Assembly (NCBI RefSeq): GCF_000315625.1
Contig: NW_005434625.1
Span: 265,726-329,725, forward strand
DNA from: Guillardia theta CCMP2712
Lineage: Eukaryota; Protista; Cryptophyta
Direction: 5' to 3'
DNA: 64,000 nt
Both the position numbers and the translations under genes were made by a program. This document shows positions 48,545 through 58,772 of this stretch, piece by piece (positions within the stretch are counted from its first letter, which is position 1; each line of letters starts with the position of its first letter). The notes beneath the pieces are model-generated. The model did no database searches and had not been told where the DNA came from. It saw only the letters and a program-made list of their open reading frames with translations.

Positions 48545-51500
48545 AGGAGGGATTGCTGCAGGAGAAGTCAGGCAGCAGCATCACCGAAACGTCGATAAGA
48601 ACGTGAGGACGGTGGGAGTTGACGAGGGTCGCAAGATCCTTATCATTGGCGATGTTCCCCATCTTCACATCGTCATCGCATCTCGCCCAACCCCCACCCT
48701 CGCTAGCCGCTACCTCATAGAAGAAGTCGCAGCTGCCGCTCACGTTCCCCCTCAGGTCGTTGGCTCGCAGGTCGGGCTTGAGGGCGAAGCAGTGAACTTC
48801 AAACGTCCGCCGGTCGTGGAGAGCAAACACTCCTCTGCTCGCGGATAAAAGTAAGGCTGACTCCAGGCCAAAATCAAGGGGAAGGGAGGGAGAGGGAAAG
48901 AAGGAAGAGGAGGAGGAGGAGGAGGAGGAGAAAGAAGAGGAGGAGGAGGAGGAGGAGGAGCAGCAGCAGCAGCAGCACCTTATGGCCGATGATCCTGGTG
49001 ATTTCTGAAACCCAGCGCCTGATAAGAGGGAGGAGTCAGAGAGCTGACGAAGCAGACCAAGGACGCGTCAAACCTGACGCCCATCCTACTCGCAGTTTCC
49101 CGCCCTCGTATCTGCAGCACGTCACTGTTGTCAGTATGGGAAAAGATTCGAGGATCTCGCTGCTCACCTAGGATAGGAGGGGAAGAACATGGTGAAGTCG
49201 ATCCGCGCTGCTTGCTCCTCTGCCCACAGATCGACCCACCTGGGGAAGCAGCGTCAAAGGGGAAAGGGAGAGAGACGGTTGCTTCTACCTGCGGTAGGTG
49301 GCAAGAGGCAGGTCTGTTGGAGGCGTCCCAATGATAAACTGGTGAAGAATGTCACCGGATCCCAGCGCAACTTTCCCTCGCAGTCTCACCAGCATATGAG
49401 CAGGAGCAGGGAAGCTCTTGAGGTCAGTGTCAATTCCTCCTTGAAGCTGCTCAACGAACTCCTTCACGAAGGAATGCTTGTCAAACGAAGGCTCGGGGGA
49501 AAGAAAGAAAAGTTGCAAATGGGGGGCAGAGTTGAAGAAGGAAATTCGTGCTGGGATGAGGAGGAGGAGGAGGAGGAGGGAGGAGGAGGGAGGAGGAGGG
49601 AGGAGGAGGAGGAGGCAAGCAAGCATGCACGCAAGGGTTTCAATACCTTCATGTGGAATCTGTTCTTGTCCCACTGGCTCAAGAGGGTGAAAACTTAGCA
49701 AGACCGACAGCAACATCAGCACCTGGCAAGTCCAGGCGAGGGAGAGGACGAGGTTTGCTCGAGCATACAGGTCCTGCCTCAACCATTCACATCCGTCATG
49801 CGTGGCATCAGCGTTCTCACCCCTCGATGGAGTTGAAGGGCTCGTTCCAATGGTCGGATAGCGAGTGTGTAGTTAGTGTTGTCTGCGACAACTATGTGAC
49901 CCTCCTCCCCTTCCGGCCCCCTCCCGGGCTCTCCGTTCACTGGCTGTCCTCTCCTTTCACCTCCTCTTCCTCTGTTTCATCTTTCATACACGTCTATGCT
50001 GTACTCCTCATCCCACTCTTCTCCACATCCCATCCTTGTTCCTCGCACCTGAAAGAGTTCCTCCCATGACAGCAAGCGAGGGCGCGTGGGTCGGCTGGTT
50101 ATGAATCACTCTCGTGAGGGGGGACATACATTCTAGAGCACCAAGATGCGGAGAGCGTTGCTGAGGGCTCGGACGCAGTCCCAGACCTTTCAATCGCTCA
50201 AAACCACTGGAAGGCTGACGCAGAACACAGCGCACGACATGTCAACGTCAACGGTCAACGGCCATACAAACAAGCAGCAGCATTCGATCATGATGTCAAA
50301 CTTGACATGCACTGGTCATCACCATGTCATGAGTTCTGAAGAAAGTCCCCAGCTGGTACCAAGCATTCACGTCCGTGGGGTCGTCTTCGATGCCTGGTCA
50401 CACGTCATGCCGCAGGGAGAGCCTGACACAATGCCATTCACCAGCTTGCAGCGACCTCTGACCGTCCAGGATGCGACAGGTTGGAAGAGAGTAGTCACTC
50501 AGCTGTAGAAAAAGTCAGACTCCTTACGCAGCATTCGAAGGCAACACTGGGAAGGGACCTGAGAGCTTTCTGACGCTACAACATCGCACTCCATCCATCG
50601 CTCGAGTCGACCTGATCCAGGCAAGCCCTTGGAGACTTCAGGTCAACTGAACCAACCTTGTCTTCCATCCTCACCGGATCTCCAGCTTGCAGCATGACTT
50701 GTACCTTACAGGAAACCAGTCACAAGGCCTTGCAACGGGTGTTGTTCATTCTCGCAGCAGCACACCTGATCCAAGGCGATGGAAGCAAAGTTTGGGTCCT
50801 CGTTCACCATGTTTTGATACTCATCCTGATAGATGACTGCAATCAACGCCTGGCAACTGAATGAAAACAATCACCTTGGACTCCTGCTTCGAGCCGAAAG
50901 CGTCCAAGACAACTGAGATACAAACATCAGGCATGAAAACACTGTTTGCATACTCACCAATCATATTTCTCCTTGCCGTTATGTCATCAGGGTCAAGCTA
51001 TCAAGCTTTCAGCCAAGGAGAGATCGGCCTCCCTTCACCTCATATGCTCGTTTGAACATCTTGAGAGCTGCCGTGTAGTCCTTGTCTCGAGCCTGTGGGG
51101 CGGTCAGTCCTCCCTCGGGGAATCAGACTGGCGTCACGTGGATCAGGCCCAGTCGGGTGTGGCAGGCAGCCGCCATGGGAAACACATCGAGCTTCACCCC
51201 CAGACCTCCTCCAACGCCTCCTGCTTGTATGGCCTCGAGCAGCAGCGACCTTGCTGTACTCTCATCGCCTGCGATATGGTGGCGTCACCGAGTTAAATCT
51301 TTGTGTCAACCAGACTACCCTCTACATCCTTGAGCAGTGCCATGTTGTACAGAGCTGACGCCTTGTAGAAGCTGGACAGTCTCGAAGTTTCCCTTGGAAG
51401 AGAGGAAATGTCAGGCAAGCTCGCTTCCAGGAGGACACGGGCAAGAGAGCCAGGTACCAGAAATGCTGCATGGCTTCTTCCCATCGAGCGGCATTGAACG

Positions 51501-52126
51501 CGTCGATCCCCTACAGCCACGTGCTCAGGGTCAAGACGGAAGGAAGCAGCCAAGTCACCCTTCCAAAGTGTCTCCGAGCTCTTGCCCCTGAAGTTGATGA
51601 AGGTGAGTCCAACATGGGGCAGCCGCGGCTGAAGCCACTTCCTACCTTCCTCACTCTCCATGAGACTCATGTGCTTGCGGTATGTCTCCCCTCGGGCGAG
51701 TCCGCTGAAGTGCAGGAGGAAATAAAACATTATCTGCTCATCCCTTGTCAAGACACCGAAGGGGTATCAGCCATTGCAAGACAATACCCAATGTCGCTGG
51801 ATCATGACGGACAAGGAGGACCAGGACAAGTTTCAGCTTGAAATTCTGTGATGAAACCATTGATAGAACAGACAACAAGAAACGTCAGAGTTCGACACAA
51901 CTTTCAGACTTTGCACACAAGAGGCAGACTGCAACCTTGTGGAGTAGGCCGATACCGGACTGCAACGATTCCAATGGGCTCAGGTGATCCTAATCCAAGA
52001 GAACCGCCAGAGGGGCATGGGCCGTCCCTTCCAAGAGGCTGCTTCTTTCAACTATAGATCGTCTTGGGGATGTCACCAGCTCGTCTTCCTGCCCCCGCGC
52101 TGCCCCTGCTCCCCACGCGCCGCCAT
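46131..52126 (-). CDS. GT41-family O-GlcNAc transferase-like protein (OGT/SEC/SPY-like) with long helical N-terminus
   Basis: LRVGWAS, LHDRRTFEVHCFAL, HVLID, AHRPAP, YPGT, DFIITDRIASP, YSEKLLLVPPPYLPNDY, FCALHHVWK, LFLDAPKYNAHTSAGDALWANVPVITVP, MFDTARWT. The 5' part is inferred and could be a separate gene. Confidence 0.8.
48461..48544. repeat. (GAGCAG)n hexamer, ~14 copies, intronic
   Basis: Read directly. Confidence 0.95.
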
Positions 52127-53180
52127 GCCTGTGCTCCTGCATGCCTGGCATGCAGTATCAATCTGTCGGGCAGATGAGATAAATGAACTTGCCTTGAAGT
52201 CAGTGACCATCGACGGTATGATCACCGGCCGCTGCCGGGCCGGGCCAGACGGGCCAGACGACTCGAGTCCGGGGGGCCCACTGGCCAGGCCGAGACCGTA
52301 CGGTACGGTCAGTCCCGACGCGCAACCGGGCCACCGGCGGGGCCGGGGGCCGCAACGTCTTCCCCGGATCACTGAGTCGCCAGCACTGCGCCGCGGCACT
52401 GACTCAGGCGTGGACTCTTCCGCTTGACTGAGTTCCGCCCGGCCGGGCGCGCGCCGCGGGCGGTCGCCGGGGGGACCCCGGCCCATGGACGGCTCCCCGC
52501 GGGAATGGCGGCGGGCCGGGCCCGGGGGGGGGGAATGGTCCTGCGCGCAACTTAGTAAGTGCCAAAACTTGGGGTTCCGATTTCTCAGTGCGGTCGGCAG
52601 GACAGACGGTGAGGGTTGGTTCAGTCTCGCCGCTGTCACAGTCTTTTCCGAAGGCTCTCGGAGGCTCAGAGTCTCCGATCGGACGGCGCCGTTCGGCCTG
52701 ACTCAGTGAGCCTGACACTGTCTGAGTCACTCAGTGTCAGAGTCAGGCTCCCTGCTTGTCCTAGTCGTACTGAACTTTAACTTAACTTTGAATACTTGAC
52801 CTGAAGTGCTAGTTAAGTTACCTTCAAGGCGAGGTCATCATCGGAGCGCTGCCACACTCAGAAAGAGGCGCTTCCAAGAATGCCTGGGCGGAAAGAACTA
52901 CCGCCTCTGAAAAAAAAGCCTTCAGTGACGAGCTCTGGAAACGAAAAGAGCTCTTTTCCTTCTACCCCTACCTTCCGCCTCTATCATGGCATTTACACCT
53001 CGGGGGGGATGAAGGGGTACTTTCTTCTGTGTTTAGAGGGGTCGGGACCCGGGGGGCAGGTTGGGGAGCAGGGGCGCAACATAAATTGGTGAGAGTAAAG
53101 GGGTGAGAGTGGTTATCTCAAGCAGCCAACAGCCGCCCATGCAAGGCAGCTGACCCTCCCTGACAACCCAACGCGTCCAT

Positions 53181-53531
53181 ATGGCCTCCCTCGTCTCTCG
53201 TCCTCTCCTCTCTGCTCTCCCTGCACAAGTTCTCCTCGCTACGAGAGCTCGAGCCATCACCTCCCGCCGCCTCTCTACTCTCCTTACTCCGACCCAACAG
53301 CCTCTCCTCCTCGACGACTCAGCCGAGCCCGCGCTCTGGCAATGCCTTCCTGACTGGTGCAAGGGCCACAAGAAGTACAACCAGGTCTTCATCCTCGGAG
53401 AGTCCTTGAGTGCGCGAAAAGACAGATTAGAAGACAAGCGGGCACCAGTGAAGCCCGGGAGCTTTGCGAGCGCAATACAGAGGAGGAGGCGGCGATACAC
53501 AGTTGCACAAGATCCTTTTTGGGGTAGATGA
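53181..53531 (+). CDS. Small orphan protein B, copy 1 (116 aa, mitochondrial-presequence-like N-terminus)
   Basis: Inverted paralogue at 58168-58518 has the same length and the same stop position. N-terminus is rich in S/L/R/A with no acidic residues. Confidence 0.7.
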   Translation: MASLVSRPLLSALPAQVLLATRARAITSRRLSTLLTPTQQPLLLDDSAEPALWQCLPDWCKGHKKYNQVFILGESLSARKDRLEDKRAPVKPGSFASAIQRRRRRYTVAQDPFWGR

Positions 53532-54411
53532 CATGCGAATGTAAATATAGTTCATCATGTTAGCGTGTGAAACTTTGGCTTGTAGAAGTATTGATGCCAT
53601 GATGAATACATCATTGATACCTGGACTACTAGACTCTGGCAAAACAAATTGTACTCATCACTTCTGAAGGTCGACTGCTTGATACTAACAGCATACTTTC
53701 CAGTAGCCTGGAAAGTATGACAAGTTCCTAGTCCAGATCACTTCCGAGGACCGTTGCCTTGCTTGATGACACATAACACTACTGTCGGACAACATGATGT
53801 TTGAATTCATGTTGGAAGTTTCTCGTGCAGGCACTTGAACTTAAAATTCACGGATGATTATCAGAATGCGGCCCACAAAATGACCTGCTGCTCGATGCGT
53901 CGCTACCCAGCAGTCCCTCCGAGTGGTCAAAATGTGACGGCACAATAGATGAATGCAGTGGTGGTCCTGAGCTGTCTACCATTTATCATTTAATTTAATC
54001 GCGCTGGGATTGGCTCAATGAGAAAGCCGCACATTTGATAGTACGCGACCCTGACGATAGCAACCAGCTGCACAATGTCATACCTCTCTTCTTACGTCTT
54101 GCAGAACTCTTGCCACTGTGTTGATAATGGCAGGCCGGAATCGCACAGGGGCCTTGATTCTGCTTCCTCATCTGTCGGTCGAGCGCTGAGCTGTTCGATG
54201 AGAGTCGGGTCAAGCACTTCCTCTCGTCACGTAGAACGGTCGAGTCTTTTTTTACAGCAGCAGTTGGCATTTAATAAATCGCACATACAAGTTGGTACAT
54301 GAAGCTATCGTCGAGCATGGCCCGTTTTCCGATCCGGGCCGTCTTGGACAGTCACTGAGTGCCACTACGGTACATTGACTCTCCGAGTGTGGCCCCCGAA
54401 CTCCGAGAACT

Positions 54412-54535
54412 TGATAACTAACGGTGACCGTACTACCGTACTACCGTAACCGGACGGTAACCAACTAACCGTACTGTAACCGACTAACCGTTGCCAGTTG
54501 AACCGTACGGTACTGTAACCGTAACTGTTATCGGA
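54412..54535. promoter_or_regulatory. Cluster of TAAC(C/G/T)G / TACCGT Myb-like words upstream of LIG4
   Basis: TAACGG, several TAACCG, CCGTTG, CAGTTG and TAACTG within ~120 bp. Confidence 0.35.
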
Positions 54536-54723
54536 CAGGCCAACTTGGCAAGTTCCCGGTAGGTTTGCTGTGCTGAGGCGGGTTCAGACCATGCCTTTAG
54601 CAAAGTTCGTAGCAATGCTGAGAAAGGGAGCGGAGGGAGTTTCTACGAGGGAGGGGCGGAGAAGAGGAGCGGAGAAGAGGAGCGGAGAGCTGAAGAAGCA
54701 AGTGTGGTGAAGGATTGATCAGC

Positions 54724-57700
54724 ATGGCAGACAGGGGCAGCTTGCGGTGGAAGAAACTCTGCGACTTCTTCGAGCGGAATTCGCGACAAACGAAGAGGAA
54801 TAGGAAGGAGGAATCGATCGCTGGCCTGCTGAAAGAGCACAGGTCAAGAGCTCCCAAGGGCGCAGACATGGGCTCCCACATGTACCAGCTGATCAGAATC
54901 TTGCTGCCGCAGTTCGATCGTGAGGAGATGGGCGCCAACGTCTCCTACAACATGAAGGAATTGTCGCTCGCCCAACGATTCATTGAAGCCCTCTCTCTCA
55001 ACAAGAAGTGCGAGGATGCTCAACGGTTGCTGGGATGGAAGCAGCCGATAGCGGGGGAAGGGATGGGGAACTTCTCTCTCGTCCTCGAGAACGTGCTGAG
55101 GCCGAGAACGGAATCGAACGAGGAGGGGAAGATGACCCTGGGAGACGTGAACGCATTCCTGGATCAGTTGAGCGAGAATGCAAGCAACTCCAAGAGGCAA
55201 GCGATCCTTCTGGCAGAGCTCCTGATCCGAGCCAGTGCGTACGAGATTAGGTGGATAGCCCGGGTGATCCTCCGAGAATTGAAAGCAGGCTTGTCCGAGA
55301 AACTCGTGCTCAATGCTTTTCATCCAGACGCCATGGAATTCTTCAAGATCAACACAAATCTTCGTGAGGTTGTGAACAAGTGCAAGGATCCAAAAGTGCG
55401 TTTGAACAAGATCAACATCGACTACTTTCAGCCCTTCAATCCCATGTAAACCCTTCTCCTCCTTCTCCCGTCCACCTCCATTTGATTCTGTTGACGGCTT
55501 ACTGAGTTTCGTTGTGTTGCTCAGGTTGGCAGAAAAGGTCACTGATCTGCAGGCTGTACCAGAGTATTTCAAGAATCGAGTGTTTTGGATTGAGAACAAG
55601 TTCGATGGTGAAAGGATTCAGATCCACAAGTGTTTTGATCGACTCTCCTGCTACACGAGGAGGGGGAACGACTATACTGAACTCTACCAGCCGTTGCTGG
55701 ATATCTTGAGGAGAGAGAAGTTGATAGCTGCGGAGAGATGCATCCTCGATGGTGAGGTGGTGGGTTGGAACTTTGACCAGCAGAAGTGGGAAAAGTTCGG
55801 TACGAACAAGTCGATAGCGATGAGAATGGGGAATGATGGCGATGATTGGGAAAAGCCCCGCCAGATGTCCAGCTCCGATTTTGCAAACTCTGGAGCCACA
55901 AAGAGCACCTTGTGCTTTGTTGTGTTTGACATTGTTTGCGAGGGAGACACGGTAATGACTGACTGGCCGCTGAAGGAGAGGAGGGAACGACTTGTTGAAA
56001 TCATCCGGGAGAAAGAAAAGATCGTTGAGATAGTCAAGCACGTTGAAGCCTCTGACAGCGGAGAAGTGTACAAGAAGCTTGAAGAGGCTTTGGAAACGGA
56101 GGAGGAAGGGATTGTTCTCAAGAACCCGGAGTCGAAGTACGTTCCGAAGTCGAGAGAGAAGGGAGAGTGGATGAAGCTGAAGCCTGACTATCTCGGAGGG
56201 TCGGAAGAGTTTGACTTGTTGATTGTTGGAGGAACTTACGGGAAAGGACAGCGAGGAGGGCAGGTGTGGCAGTTCATTTGTGCTGTTGCAGACGAACCTC
56301 GAGAAAAGGGCAAGCCGCCCTCGTGCTTCCGCACCATGTGCAGAGTTGGAACGGGGAAGACAAGGGAAGAGTTCATGCAGCTTTTCAACCTGCTCAAGGA
56401 GAACATGAGGCCCTACAAGCGCCTCACGCAAGGGAAGACGGCTGTAGACCGGGATGTGAAGTTCGAGAGGAAGCAAGACTTTACTTCCGTCCAGTGGCAG
56501 CAGAAAGACGGCGCTGACCCGGTCGAGGTTCTCTTCTCGGGGAACGCCAAAGAGGAGGTGAAGCCTGCTTCCTTGCTGCCAGAGGCTGATTACCTGACGG
56601 GTTTGGTGGTCAGGTGGACGTCGTCTTTGATCCAAGAAAGAGTAGGGTGCTGACCCTGGTGGCCGACTATCGTCTCATAGAGTCCAACGTATTCATGGCA
56701 GCCCGGGGGGTTGAAGGAAAGGACGACAAGACCGGGTGGACGCTCCGGTTCCCTCGCATCCGAGAGGGCGGATATCGGTGTGGCGAGATGGGTGGAGACG
56801 AGAAGCCCTGGTTTGACTGCATGACGTCCCGGCAGTTCGAGGAAGCCATCGCTCGATCGCAGCAGCCGTATCACATCCACGAGATGCAGGCCTTTAACAA
56901 GGCCAAGGGAGGGAAGAAGCGCAAGCTGAGCCAGTCCACGGGTAGAAGGACGCGAGGCGCACGAGTTATCGAGGACGCAGCGTTCAGTGGCAACAGCTAC
57001 GAGGCAAAGTACGACGTGTTCAAGGGGATGGAGATATGCGTGCTGCCCGGAGATCCCGAGCAGAAGAGGGAGACAGAGCAGCTGGCTCGGGAGCTGGGAG
57101 CGACGATGGTGGCAAACATCGACAGCTTGACAACGCACATCATCGGGATGAGGATGGATCAGCGTTTTAAGAACCTCAAGGAGGCTGATTGTGACGTCAT
57201 CGGGAGGCATTGGGTGTCCGAATGCTCCGAGAAGAAGCGGCTGGTTGAACTCGCCCCCCGGCACATGATGCATGCTTCTGCTGCTCGCAGGAAGGAGTTC
57301 CACAACCTTTACGACAAGTTCGGCGACAGCTTCACAGAAAGGTGCACCGAGAAGGAGCTGGATTTGCTTCTTGACGATCCCCAAGACCCCAAGGTGAGGA
57401 CGACCAGGTGTCATTTGCAATGATGTGCATGCGCAGACGTGGGAGGATCTGTTCGACGTTCACAGTGACGGCGAGATCGACGACGAGGAGATGAAAGAGC
57501 TCGAGGATAGCCTGGCGACCCCCTACAAGTCGTTGAACTGGTCAAGTCTGAGGTCTGCGAAGCTCTCTTGCTTGTTCCTCTCTTCCTCTTTCCTTCGCCG
57601 CTTGCTTGCTTCCATGAGGATGACTTGACCTCAGGGGAGATCGCGTCCTTAGCTTGCGGTCCGATGACGCGTCAAACTTTGCACGAGACTGGCTGGAAGC

Positions 57701-57955
57701 TTGCAAGATCCTCTGGAAGAGCAGAGGCTGTGTCATAGAGGAGAAGTCGGTCAAAGACATGCAGAAAGATGGTCGCTGGATGCCAAGCTTACGCGATTAT
57801 GACGTACTGCTCGTGGACAACGAGCAGGTAACTTGCTCTTCTTTTCCTTCCGCTTGCTGATGTCATACCAGCTGATCAAGGAGCTTCAGCGGCAAGGCGT
57901 CAGAGCTCGTTTCCTTTCTCCTGCCTGTGACATCAACTTGGAAGGAAGAGAATAA
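54724..57955 (+). CDS. LIG4: DNA ligase IV (NHEJ), ATP-dependent, with C-terminal BRCT
   Basis: N-terminal DNA-binding domain (IRILLPQFDRE..YNMKE), KFDGERIQIH, LDGEVV, FVVFDI, EEGIVLK, WMKLKPDY, TLRFPRI, BRCT (VFKGMEICV...HWVSEC). Five short introns. Confidence 0.95.
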
Positions 57956-58167
57956 TCTTTTGTTCATTGACATGTCAAGCTTTCATCCTAACCCTACTGA
58001 TCATCAGTAAATGGTATCAGACTGAGATGAATAAAGCCACAACAAATTATTCATAGAAATTGCAGATGTGAATTCCTTCCCAGCGAAAGTTGCGCTAAAT
58101 GATCGACAAAAACATCAGCAAACAAAAGAGACCAGGCAAATCAAACTTTCATCATTCATTTCTTCTC

Positions 58168-58518
58168 TCATCTACCCCAAAAAGGATCTTGTGCAACTGT
58201 GTATCGCCGCCTCCTCCTCTGTATCGTGCTCGCAAAGCTCCCGGGCATCGGCAGATACCTCTTGTTTGCTGGTCGATCTTGTCGCGCACTCAAGGACTCT
58301 CCGAGGATGAAGACCTGGTTGTACTTCTTGTGGCCCTTGCACCAGTCAGGAAGGCATTGCCAGAGCGCGGGCTCGGCTGAGTCGTCGAGGAGGAGAGGCT
58401 GCTGGACGGAAGTATGAACGGTGAAGTTGGACGAGGAACAAGCTCGGGAAGCGAGGAGAACTTTTGCAGGGAGAGCAGAGAGGAGAGGACGAGCAAGGGA
58501 AAGGACAGATGAAGCCAT
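58168..58518 (-). CDS. Small orphan protein B, copy 2 (116 aa)
   Basis: ATG at 58518 (MASSVLSLARPLLSALP...); inverted paralogue of 53181-53531. Confidence 0.7.
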   Translation of the reverse strand: MASSVLSLARPLLSALPAKVLLASRACSSSNFTVHTSVQQPLLLDDSAEPALWQCLPDWCKGHKKYNQVFILGESLSARQDRPANKRYLPMPGSFASTIQRRRRRYTVAQDPFWGR

Positions 58519-58772
58519 GAAGTTGCGAGCAGGATGCGTTGTAGGAGGAAGGAGGACCCCTCTATTATTCCCCACCTTGGGTGGCCTCACTGGTCATTAC
58601 GCCACTCTGGAGTAACACACAGGTCCATAGAGATGCGGCTGTTTGGTTCACTCGTATCGAAATTTGAAATCTTGGAGCTTAATTTCATCCCCATATCCTC
58701 CAAAGCTTCAGATACGCCCAGGCAAACTTGGCCCCCCGTCAAGCAAGGGTCTCTTTACTACTCTACAGTGAC

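Noticed and set aside
53640-54320. Possible small minus-strand gene upstream of LIG4
   Set aside because: I could not build a consistent spliced ORF or find any motif.
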